Below are positions 11,559-20,462 of a stretch of 38,696 nucleotides of DNA, in pieces. Source of the DNA: Chrysochromulina tobinii (Eukaryota); NCBI GenBank assembly GCA_001275005.1, contig JWZX01003168.1, positions 1-38,696 of the forward strand. The letters run 5' to 3'. The notes under the pieces were generated by a model that saw only the letters and a program-made list of their open reading frames with translations, searched no databases and was not told the origin of the DNA. The position numbers were made by a program, and so were the translations under genes. The stretch's first letter is position 1, and every line of letters begins with the position of its first letter.

Positions 11559-12185
11559 ATGGACCATCTCCTGGCCGTCCCCCCCATCACGCGCTGTTAC
11601 CTTCTTGGCGCCATCATAGTCACGGCCTCGTGCTCACTCGAGCTTGTCTCACCCTTTGCTCTTTACTTCAACCTTCGGCTCGTCGTGTTCCAAGGGCAGC
11701 TGTGGCGGCTCTTCACCAACTTCTTCTTCTTCGGGGCGCTAGGCGTGGATTTCCTCTTCCACATGTTCTTCCTTGTGCGTTACTGCCGGCTCCTCGAGGA
11801 GGGCTCCTTCCGAGGCCGCTCATGCGACTTTGCGCTCATGCTCCTCTTCGGCGGCGCCGCCATGTGCACCGCGTCCGCCTTCATCTCGGCGCCACCCTTT
11901 CTTGGCTCGTCACTCGCATTCATGATGGTCTACGTTTGGGCGCGCCGCAACGCCGACATGCGCATGTCCTTTCTCGGGCTGTTCAACTTCCGCGCGCCCT
12001 TCCTGCCATGGGTCTTGCTCGGTTTCTCTGTGCTCCTTGGCAACTCGCCATCTGTGGATGTGATGGGCATCGCCGTTGGTCACCTGTACTTCTTCATGGA
12101 CGACGTGTTTCCACACACGCGCGGCGGGCGCGGCTGCCGGCCACTGAGATCCCCCGCCTGGCTTCTGCGCTTGGCCCGCAGTTAG
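11559..12185 (+). CDS. Derlin (Der1/Derlin-2-like) ERAD membrane protein
   Basis: PPITR, QLWRLFTNFFFFG, FLFHMFFLVRYCRLLEEGSFRGR, MMVYVWARRN, APFLPW, GIAVGHLYFF. ATG at 11559. Confidence 0.93.
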   Translation: MDHLLAVPPITRCYLLGAIIVTASCSLELVSPFALYFNLRLVVFQGQLWRLFTNFFFFGALGVDFLFHMFFLVRYCRLLEEGSFRGRSCDFALMLLFGGAAMCTASAFISAPPFLGSSLAFMMVYVWARRNADMRMSFLGLFNFRAPFLPWVLLGFSVLLGNSPSVDVMGIAVGHLYFFMDDVFPHTRGGRGCRPLRSPAWLLRLARS

Positions 12186-12927
12186 GCTTTTAGGAGATAG
12201 GCTTTCTCAGACTACGCCCGGTACGTAGCGGTAACGCGCGCGGCACATACGACATAGGGATAGGCCCCGCACCCCCCTTTCGGACTGTACGGCGTCTCGT
12301 TGTCAATTGGGCGTTGTGCAAGCGTACCTCCGAGTATACTCCGAAAGATATAGAACCTCCGAATGATATAGTAACTCTACAGAGCAACTGCCAACTCCGT
12401 TGTCCGTAGTACAGTGTACTTCTCATATCTCAATTTCGTCCCGCGCGGCCAGGATTCTCGACACTCGAGGGTCCGGCTCAACCCCCATTCCTGCGGGCTC
12501 GTGTCTGGCACAGGCAGCCAGCGGCTCCCCCGCGGCCTGTACCTCGAACGAGAGCTGGGGCACGGACGCCACCCACGTGCGCAACGGCCCATCAATGGGT
12601 GGGTGCCTACGGCCCGCATCCGCTCCATGCCCCGATGCCCCCACTGCCCCCAAAGGCCCCCGCTGCGCAGCCGTCGTCGTAAGTCGTCGTACCGTCGTCG
12701 TGGCGTCTGCAAGAGCCGCCTCCGTCTCAGCTACTACTCAGCTACGTCCACCGCCGCAGTGGCGGCGACCTCCACCGCTGGCTCCGAAGATGTCTTCACC
12801 TGTGGCGCCCCGGGCGCCTCCTTGGCGGCCCCGCCCGCCGTCGACGCACCGACGTCCTCGACGTCCGCGCCCCCGGCCGCCACGAGCTCGGTGCTACTGT
12901 GGCATCCGATTGGAAGGATCACCGTTT

Positions 12928-13923
12928 TCACCCTCTCTGCAGCCAATGCCGCGGCCCAGCCATTCGGATAAGCCTCCCGCGCAGTCCGGCGTAGCGGTAG
13001 TAATAAGGGTCCCGGCCCATGAGAGGCAGCGAATGCCGCGTCGGATGACCTTCCAGCGGCAACGGCCTCGTGCCCTGCATGAGGAATGTACGCCCCCACG
13101 GCAGCCAGAGTTCCGCTGAGAGCTGGAGCCCTGCCCGAGCCAGTGACGCCACGACGCGGGCCTCTTTCTCCGGATCCTCCACCTCCACCCGATCCACGCT
13201 TCCGCCGCGTGGTAGCTCCTCGGTCTCGACCAAGGAGAAGCGCGTCGCGTCCGTGCCCTCGAGCACTCTGTCCTCGGCGCCCTCGACGTCCAGCGAGAAG
13301 TAGTGAAAGTGCTCCGTGGCAAAGCCGTGTGCCGCCATGATGGCATTCATTGGCTGGCAGGGCACCTGCACAATGCCCCTGCCGTCATCTCCTAACCGGT
13401 GCGAATTGCTGAACCTTTTCATGAACGACGGCAGCATGATGTCAGGGCGGCCGGACACGAGGCCGCCATGCTTCGTGAACGGCACAGTGTGGGTCTCGTT
13501 GCACACGGAGGAGTGGACCATCACGGAGCGCCGGCCGCTGCGTGTCCGCATGAGCTCAAAGTTTGTTGGGCTGCCCTCGATAAGCAGCCCTGTCCAATTG
13601 AAGCACATCTCAAGCATGTACGTGTTGCTGCCTGTGACGCCATCGGCCGCGCCCATCTCGATAAAGAGCCCTCCACGCCCCCGTTGTCCAACTGCGTGCA
13701 ATAAGGTGGGCAGCAGGAGCAGGTCCTCGCCCATTCCCGCACGACTTTCTTTCAACGCGCATTCCACATCATGAAAAACCGCTGGTGGATAGAGGTTGTC
13801 ACGGGCGTGCCATCGCTCCGTGCTCAGCTGCTCCGGCGGCCCCGTCAGGAGCTGGATCTTATATCCCAGGAGTTGTGCGATGGCTTGGACGTGGCTGACA
13901 TTGTGAGTGCGCCTAATGTCCAT
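12928..13923 (-). CDS. FkbM-family (Methyltransf_21, Star-like) SAM-dependent methyltransferase
   Basis: GLFIEMGAADGVTGSNT, FNWTGLLIEG, VPCQPM, YFSLDVEGAE. Start codon uncertain. Confidence 0.8.
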   Translation of the reverse strand: MDIRRTHNVSHVQAIAQLLGYKIQLLTGPPEQLSTERWHARDNLYPPAVFHDVECALKESRAGMGEDLLLLPTLLHAVGQRGRGGLFIEMGAADGVTGSNTYMLEMCFNWTGLLIEGSPTNFELMRTRSGRRSVMVHSSVCNETHTVPFTKHGGLVSGRPDIMLPSFMKRFSNSHRLGDDGRGIVQVPCQPMNAIMAAHGFATEHFHYFSLDVEGAEDRVLEGTDATRFSLVETEELPRGGSVDRVEVEDPEKEARVVASLARAGLQLSAELWLPWGRTFLMQGTRPLPLEGHPTRHSLPLMGRDPYYYRYAGLRGRLIRMAGPRHWLQRG

Positions 13924-14586
13924 GAGCGCCAAAGCTGGAGTCCCCTACGAGCCCGTGTCAAACAGCTCCTCAAAATGCAGGGCAGTTAAGTCAGTTTAGT
14001 CAGTCTAGTTAGTTTTCACTTAGATACATGCAAACAGTGTGTGGGTATCTATCCCTTGCGGCGCCGTTTCGGCGCGTAACTCTGCGTGCCCAGTGCACGC
14101 CTTCGTTCACACTGAACACAACCACACCTAACGGCGAGCTCGAGCTCAGCTCACGAACTCAGCGTTTGGATAGTAGTTGTGTTCGAAACAACACAACATC
14201 TCCCAATTACGACTTAGCTGCCTTTGCCATAACTTTGCCACGCGTTTCCCCCAACGAAGTTTACAACGAAGTAGAAAAGTAGATTATGTCGGTTGGCAGC
14301 ACCCAGAGGCGCTTTTCAATGGGCGAATGAGCGGCGATGCGCTTTTCACAATGCGTACCAAGGGTCTCTCGGGATCGAATTGCGAATATATGGAATATGC
14401 GATCATGATATGCATTTGGCCATTTGCCTGCCCTATTAAGCCGTACCGTACTGTAGTACGACTGCTACTCTTGGGAACTTATGTGACTCTGCGATCGAGC
14501 TTTTTAATCTGAGGCAGTTTCTAATCTGTGAGGCAGCACTGGCAGGTGGCAGCGCCCCCTTGCCCGGCGCCGCCCTCGCGGGGCAC

Positions 14587-16179
14587 TCAATCGGGCACCC
14601 ACACGTTGGCTCGAAAGAGGGCGCCCTGGCGCGTCTCCGGCCATCGGGCTGGTCCCGCCACGTGGACGGCGTAGCTCGGGTGCGGCGCGAGCGCGTGATG
14701 GACTTGCTGCTCGGTGAGGCACCGGCGTAGCGTCAGACCCTTCACATCGGTCATTGCACTCTCGCCGCTCACAAAGAGCTGCCCGGACTCCTCGGTGCCG
14801 GGCGGCGCGCAATCGAGGATCGAGTGCGCTGCCCCTGCCGCCGACGTGATCGTCACGCGGTTGCCATTGAGCTCGAGATTAGCTTGCCCATCGCCCGCGT
14901 ATGTGCCCGGTGCGAGCGTCACGACCGCGTGCTTGTCGGAATACGGATCGAGTTGCCGCCCGCTTAGGTGCTGCCAGCATTGGAGCGCGAGGGCTTGCCG
15001 GAGCGTCGCGCACGGCGCGGCCGCGTGCCCGCATCCCTCCGCGTCCGTCCCATTGGGCGCCACCAGAAATTCCAATTGCGCCGCGGCGGGGAGAGGCGAC
15101 GCCGGCCCGCGCAGCGTGCACCGGGGCCCAAAGTAGCCTGGAAAGCATTCGCAGCGGCCCCCGGCGACGCAGACGCCGCGTTCGCACGCGACCGTCGCAC
15201 AGTCGCCCTCGTCGTTCAGCGGCGCCGCGAGCGTCGCCCCCCCACCTATGCGCATCTCCGCCAGCTCGGGGGGGTAGAAGTCTAATTCCCCACACTCGGC
15301 CACGTGAGCTTGCACTATTGGGCCGATGCCCCACGTGCGCGCGATCGACTCGAGCCAGCAGCGGACCACGTGCGCGCTGAGCACACGCCCGCTCGGCGCG
15401 GCGCAGCTTGCCGCCGCGTCCGTCGGGGGCTGCGCGTGCACGAGGCTCCCTGGCACGTGAAGACCCTCGACTTCCCACTCGCCGGAGCGGTTGGTCAGCA
15501 GCGCCGCGCCCAGGTCGCCGTCGCAAAAGGGACCGGCGCGCTCGCCGGGGCGCGCGCTGAGCTCGGCTTGGAGCAGCTGGCGGCTCGCCACCTGCCACAC
15601 GCGCGCTGCGCTCGAGCGTCGCACGCCGCCGCCCGAGCCAGACAGCGATAGTTGGAACTCGGCGCGCTGGTCGGAGCCCGGGTGTGCGCCGAAGCCGACA
15701 GCCAAGGGTGCGAGGCCGATGGTGGCCGGTACGCTCGCGAGGTGCACGGGCGGCACGCACGGCAGCTCGCCGTGCGCGCAGCTCGGGTCCAGCTCGAGCA
15801 GCGCCACGTCCCAGCCCTCACCGCACAGTGCCCGGGTGCACACGGCTGGGACCGCCCACCATGCCGTGAGCCGCACGGCGATGCGCGTGACACGCGCGAC
15901 GACGAGGCCCGCCCGAGCGTCGGCGCCGCCGATGAGCCGCACCGACGACGCGTCCACAAGCGTGCCGTTGCACTCGCCGCGCACGCACGCCCTCTGCTCG
16001 TCCAGCGTGAGCGCCAGCGAGCGCATGAAGCACGAGGCAATGGAGAGGGCGAGGCGTGCGCTGATGTAAACGGCGCCGCATCGACGACGGCCATCAATTT
16101 GCACTACGACGACGGCGTCCAGATCGTGCGCGAGGAAGGGCCCGGGCACGCCGATGCCCGCTAGCAAGGGCGATAGCAT
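14587..16179 (-). CDS. Trypsin-like (probably inactive) domain, EGF-like domain and a beta-helix-cap-like domain
   Basis: CGAVYISARLALSIASC, WDVALLEL, CDGDLGAAL. EGF-like CATVACERGVC...CECFPGYFGPRC. FLVAPNGTDAEGCG...PCATL...LAPGTY. Confidence 0.7.
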   Translation of the reverse strand: MLSPLLAGIGVPGPFLAHDLDAVVVVQIDGRRRCGAVYISARLALSIASCFMRSLALTLDEQRACVRGECNGTLVDASSVRLIGGADARAGLVVARVTRIAVRLTAWWAVPAVCTRALCGEGWDVALLELDPSCAHGELPCVPPVHLASVPATIGLAPLAVGFGAHPGSDQRAEFQLSLSGSGGGVRRSSAARVWQVASRQLLQAELSARPGERAGPFCDGDLGAALLTNRSGEWEVEGLHVPGSLVHAQPPTDAAASCAAPSGRVLSAHVVRCWLESIARTWGIGPIVQAHVAECGELDFYPPELAEMRIGGGATLAAPLNDEGDCATVACERGVCVAGGRCECFPGYFGPRCTLRGPASPLPAAAQLEFLVAPNGTDAEGCGHAAAPCATLRQALALQCWQHLSGRQLDPYSDKHAVVTLAPGTYAGDGQANLELNGNRVTITSAAGAAHSILDCAPPGTEESGQLFVSGESAMTDVKGLTLRRCLTEQQVHHALAPHPSYAVHVAGPARWPETRQGALFRANVWVPD

Positions 16180-16420
16180 CTCGTTTCCCAGGCGGACCTT
16201 TTCTCCCGAGTGCACCTGTGAATGTTGGTTGTTGCCACAAACGCACGGCGCGAAAGCAATTCTGCCAAAGAATGGTTCGGCTTCGAAGACATTTCCGCTT
16301 GGTGCAATTGTGGCGCCAAACACACAGAGATTTTCCACCGGCCATGATGATCCTCGGTGGACGCCGTGCCAAAGCACACGTTGCCTTGGCAATGAGCCTC
16401 AGTGTCGCCAAGAGACGACA

Positions 16421-18934
16421 ATGAGCCTCAGTCACGAGATCGAGTACACCGTCACGAAAGCGACCGACGAGGTGGAGGGCCACACGGCAAGCTCACTCGC
16501 GACTGGCTCGCGCGGCGGCTGGCTCGCCCACTCCACCTTTGGCACGGCGTACATCGACGTCTCCTTTGGCACCGAGTTCTCCATACACAGCATGACGCTA
16601 GTGGCAGTCGGCTGCTCGCGGCTGGTGGTGACACTCAAGTCGCGCAAGGGCGAGCGCGACAATTGGATGGGCGGCAGCGCCGCTCTGCGCGGGGCGGGTG
16701 CCACGCAGACTGGCTCAGTGGTGTACGACGGCTTGCTGCCGGGCGAGGAGTGCAAAAAGTACCTCGCGGCGCGCAACACCGGCGACGGGCTGAAGGCGGT
16801 CGCGTCGCAGGAGGAGTGGGCAGGCATGCGCATCTCGCTCACGCCCGCCACCGGGCACGAGACCTTTGGGCTCAAGAAGCTCACCATCGACCGTCAGCCA
16901 ACCAAATCCGAAGTCGAGGCGCGCCGCGCTGCGATCGCGAAGCAAGCAGCGGAGACGGCCCAGAAGGCGGCGGCGACGGCGGCAGCGACGGCAGCGGCGG
17001 CCTCTGCCCCCGCTTTCGCGTCGACCTCCGTCCCTCTGCCGCCGGCTATGCGCCCGCCAATGAACGCGAGCGCGCAGGCGGGCGGCGTGGGCGGCCTGAG
17101 ACGATCAGCGTGCGCGTGCGGCAAGCCGGGATGCAACGGATGCGGCGGCGAGGGCAAGGTGCGCTGCAAAGCGCACTCGCTCCTGACCTGCCTCAAGATC
17201 TCGAAGAAGAATCGCCCGTTTTGGGCATGCCCCCTCGTACGCAAGCCGGGCAGCCTGCCGTCGGGCGAGGCGTGCGGCTGGGTGTGCTGGTGCGACGAGG
17301 CGATCGGACACGTGGCGACGGTTGAGAAGGTCGTCGAGCTGCCCGAGGAAGAGGACGAGCAGCGCGCTAGCGCGCCCTTCCCCGCCGCCGCTGCCACGAA
17401 GCCAACGAGCGCGCCGGTCAGCTCCACGGCCGCCTGTGCACCACTTGCTGCCTCCGCCTCCGCCTCCGCCAGCAGCAGCGGCAGCGGCGGCGGTACGCGG
17501 CACGCGGCGGTCACCATGGAGGCAGTCTTGTCGTCGTACCAGGCGAAGCTGCAGGCAATGAGCGTCAAGGAGCTCAAGGCAGAGGGCACGAAGCGTAACG
17601 TCGACCTGAGCGGATGCCTCGAGAAGAGCGATCTGGTCGTGCACCTCAGCGCCGCGTATGCCACGGCCAAAGCCGATAAGCTCGCGGCGTATGCCGCAGC
17701 CAAGGCTGAGAAGCGAGCTCTCGAGGCGAAGGCGGCGGAGGCGAAGGCGAAGGCGAAGGCGGCGGAGGCGAAGGCGGCGGAAGTGGCGCGAGAGGGGGGC
17801 AGCGCAAGCGGAGGCTCGTCCAAATTAGGGTCGTCCATGGCCGCCGCCTCCTCGTCCGGGGCCGCCTCCTCGTCGTCGCCCCTCACCCAGCCGGCGATGC
17901 CCAAGACGGCGAGTCGCGGGGGCAGCGCTCTGTGCAAGCGCTCCCACGCCGCGTCGACCTCCACCGACGGCGCCGGCAGCTGGAGCAGCGGCGGGGCGGC
18001 GGCGGGCGCTCGCGGAGCCGCGGACGGCGCCGGCGCATCGTCATCGTCGTCCAAGCGCCCCACGCCCCCGCCGCCGTCATCCGCCACCTCCGCCTCGGCG
18101 TCGTCGTCGTCGCGCAAGGCGGATGCTTGGCTCGGAGTGGCAGAGAAGAGCTCTGGTGATGAGGATGAAGACGATGAGGACGAAGAGGACGAGGCGGCTG
18201 CGGCGGCATCTGCCTTGCGACGGCGGACGTGGGCCGCCGCAGATGCCGTGGGCGGCGGGCGCGCGGCACGCGCCAGCAAGGCGAGTGGCAGCACGCGTGG
18301 CGTCAGCGCCCGAGGCGGCGCCGGCGTCGACGTCGGCGGCGCGGACATGTGGCGCGACAAGCGCGGCAACATCGTCGCCCCGCCCGCTGGGCTCGCGGGT
18401 GGTTCCGAAGACGACCCAATGGCCATCGACGAGGGCGACGAGGACACGGCGGCGGCGGCGGCAGCCGAGGCGCGTCGACGTGCGCAGCAGGAGGCCGCCG
18501 AGCGAGCAGCCGAGGAGGCAGCTGATGACAGCGTGACTGAGGAGGAGGACGACAAGGACGAGGCGGAGAGCGCGCGGCAGCCGGCGCCGCTGCTGTGGCC
18601 GCCCGGGCTGACTCGATGCCCCTTTGACGTGCGCTGCCCGCTGCGACCGCACGGCTGCCTGCGCGGCAACCCCACACATCTACTCAAGGAGTCACACACC
18701 GTCGAGCACGTTCGGCGCCAAGCGCGCAAGGTGGACTGGGCCCATCCTTTTGGACCGCTCTACCGGCTCGTCAGGGATGCCGGCCTGCCGCACGCGCACT
18801 GCACCACGAAGGACGCATGCCTGCGGGCGCTCGACACGGCGCTTGACGCCTTTGAGGTGGCGGGCGCTCGACACGGCGTGCCGTCGGCAACCGCGGGGGA
18901 CTACGCAGCGATGGCGCCAGAGCCGGTCGACTGA
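16421..18934 (+). CDS. Putative DNA-repair scaffold: XRCC1 N-terminal-like domain, GRF zinc finger, SAP/HeH-like motif, acidic tracts and PBZ-like finger
   Basis: XRCC1_N-like 16421-16890 (H..SSL...W...IHSM...W..MRI...FGL). zf-GRF 17165-17296 (CKAH...RPFWAC...CGWVCWCD). SAP-like 17558-17640 (MSVKELK...GCLEKSDLV). PBZ-like 18617-18697 (C...CLRGNPTH...SH). Confidence 0.7.
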   Translation: MSLSHEIEYTVTKATDEVEGHTASSLATGSRGGWLAHSTFGTAYIDVSFGTEFSIHSMTLVAVGCSRLVVTLKSRKGERDNWMGGSAALRGAGATQTGSVVYDGLLPGEECKKYLAARNTGDGLKAVASQEEWAGMRISLTPATGHETFGLKKLTIDRQPTKSEVEARRAAIAKQAAETAQKAAATAAATAAAASAPAFASTSVPLPPAMRPPMNASAQAGGVGGLRRSACACGKPGCNGCGGEGKVRCKAHSLLTCLKISKKNRPFWACPLVRKPGSLPSGEACGWVCWCDEAIGHVATVEKVVELPEEEDEQRASAPFPAAAATKPTSAPVSSTAACAPLAASASASASSSGSGGGTRHAAVTMEAVLSSYQAKLQAMSVKELKAEGTKRNVDLSGCLEKSDLVVHLSAAYATAKADKLAAYAAAKAEKRALEAKAAEAKAKAKAAEAKAAEVAREGGSASGGSSKLGSSMAAASSSGAASSSSPLTQPAMPKTASRGGSALCKRSHAASTSTDGAGSWSSGGAAAGARGAADGAGASSSSSKRPTPPPPSSATSASASSSSRKADAWLGVAEKSSGDEDEDDEDEEDEAAAAASALRRRTWAAADAVGGGRAARASKASGSTRGVSARGGAGVDVGGADMWRDKRGNIVAPPAGLAGGSEDDPMAIDEGDEDTAAAAAAEARRRAQQEAAERAAEEAADDSVTEEEDDKDEAESARQPAPLLWPPGLTRCPFDVRCPLRPHGCLRGNPTHLLKESHTVEHVRRQARKVDWAHPFGPLYRLVRDAGLPHAHCTTKDACLRALDTALDAFEVAGARHGVPSATAGDYAAMAPEPVD

Positions 18935-19390
18935 CGCGAGGCTCCGCGGGGGCCCGCCAGCCGCGTTCCCAAGAGAGCAGCGGTGCTGACGGCTCTCGCG
19001 ATGTTGTGGGGCCGCCCGTGGGGCGCGTCGGCCGTCGGGGTTAGAGCGCCGTTAACGGCGCGTTACGTCTTGTCTCGCATTTGTGCTGTGTAGGTCTCGT
19101 CTCGTCCGTCTGACGAGTGACGTCTCCGGTCGCTCTAGTTCGTTCGCGAGGCCGTCCGCATCGGTCCCATCTGGTGCATGCCGCTGCGCTAAGGTTGAAG
19201 GTAAATACATAAATCGCGGTGACACTAAGCGCGCTGGGCCGCGCTCTGCAAATATGGTATATGCTAACGTAACCATGACGGCTATACGTACGAACCGCGT
19301 CGCGATCGCGTGTGAGAAAATTGTGTGCTGCACGCCCGTTGAACTGTGTGCACATGTACGTATTTCGGCGGCATGTACTCACCGCAGCGC

Positions 19391-20092
19391 TCACCACAGC
19401 TGCTGGCGCGGCGTCGAGCCGACGATGTAGGTTTTGGGGTTCTGGGCGCTCCTGAGCTTGAGGGCGGGCGACATGCGCTCTTCGCCTTCAAGCTCTTTAG
19501 CCTGAACAACGGCGGCGGCGATCTCATGCGGCGTCCACCGCCGCGTCTCGCCGTCCCCCCCAAAGTACTCGCGCGCATCCGGCATCTTCCGCCGCAGACA
19601 TTCCTTGGCGCGCGCCTCCATGAACGCAAGCTGCTTCGGGCGCGGGTCGAGCATGGGAAAGCACTGGAAGAGAGTGTGCGAGGGCGGCGCCTCGAGCATC
19701 ATTTTTTGCGCCAAATCGTAGTACGCGTTCGCCGCCTCGAAGTGGCCGAGGTGGTGGCAGCACGTCGCGAGGTTGTGCATGATGCATGCGTGCGTGTCCG
19801 CGTCGATGACGCGCACACCACCTGAGACGCGGCTGGCGGCATCGATGTACGCGAGAGCGTCGATCATCTCCTCGAGAGCGTGCATCCACCATTGCGCCTT
19901 GCCGTAGATGAGGCCATGCGCGAGGCTCTTTTCGAGGGCCTCCTCATTCTTGCCCACGAAGTAGTTGATGCGCGAGACGATGGTGCTCCGCAAGGTCTCC
20001 TCAGTGAAGACTATCGGGCTCTCCTGGATGAGCAACGGCGCCGACGGTGGCTTTATTACGATGTTGAGTTTCGGGGGCGAAGGACGGTCCAT
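19391..20092 (-). CDS. Hypothetical TPR-like helical protein
   Basis: Coding-like ORF from ATG 20092 with a TPR-like segment ACIMHNLATCCHHLGHFEAANAYYDLA. Confidence 0.6.
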   Translation of the reverse strand: MDRPSPPKLNIVIKPPSAPLLIQESPIVFTEETLRSTIVSRINYFVGKNEEALEKSLAHGLIYGKAQWWMHALEEMIDALAYIDAASRVSGGVRVIDADTHACIMHNLATCCHHLGHFEAANAYYDLAQKMMLEAPPSHTLFQCFPMLDPRPKQLAFMEARAKECLRRKMPDAREYFGGDGETRRWTPHEIAAAVVQAKELEGEERMSPALKLRSAQNPKTYIVGSTPRQQLW

Positions 20093-20462
20093 GGAGCCGC
20101 AGCTGAGTGCAGGTACACCGTCTGCCGGTGCCGGGTGGAGGGCTCGCTGCAGGGTGCAGGTGCGCACAAGCTGCACCAAATAAAGTTTTTTGAAAATGTG
20201 TGCGGAGCCTTAGCTCCAAGAGTGTATGGACACCAACGACAGGAGCGCGCCGCTACGGGCGCACACGGCGGGGAGCCGCCAAAAACCCCAAAGGGGTTAG
20301 GGCCAGCGCCGGGGGCAACAGTAGCGCATCGCGTGGTGTGAACAAAGGGGGCGCCGGAACCTCCGAGCCCGCCTTCTCACCCCTTGGCGCGAATCGCAAA
20401 ACATGGCGATCGCATCCTCACGCACCCCGCTCGCACACACGCTCAAGCTCACGCAATAAAAC

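Noticed and set aside
14140..14200. tRNA gene (gttcgaa; also gttcgatcc near 7822)
   Set aside because: No canonical T-arm or cloverleaf can be formed.
20293..20302. Telomeric repeat (ggggttaggg)
   Set aside because: A single unit that overlaps the aacccc-aaa-ggggtt hairpin.
20296..20400. HDV-like ribozyme (gcgccgggggcaaca)
   Set aside because: No P3/L3 (UCC) or P2 pairing could be built.
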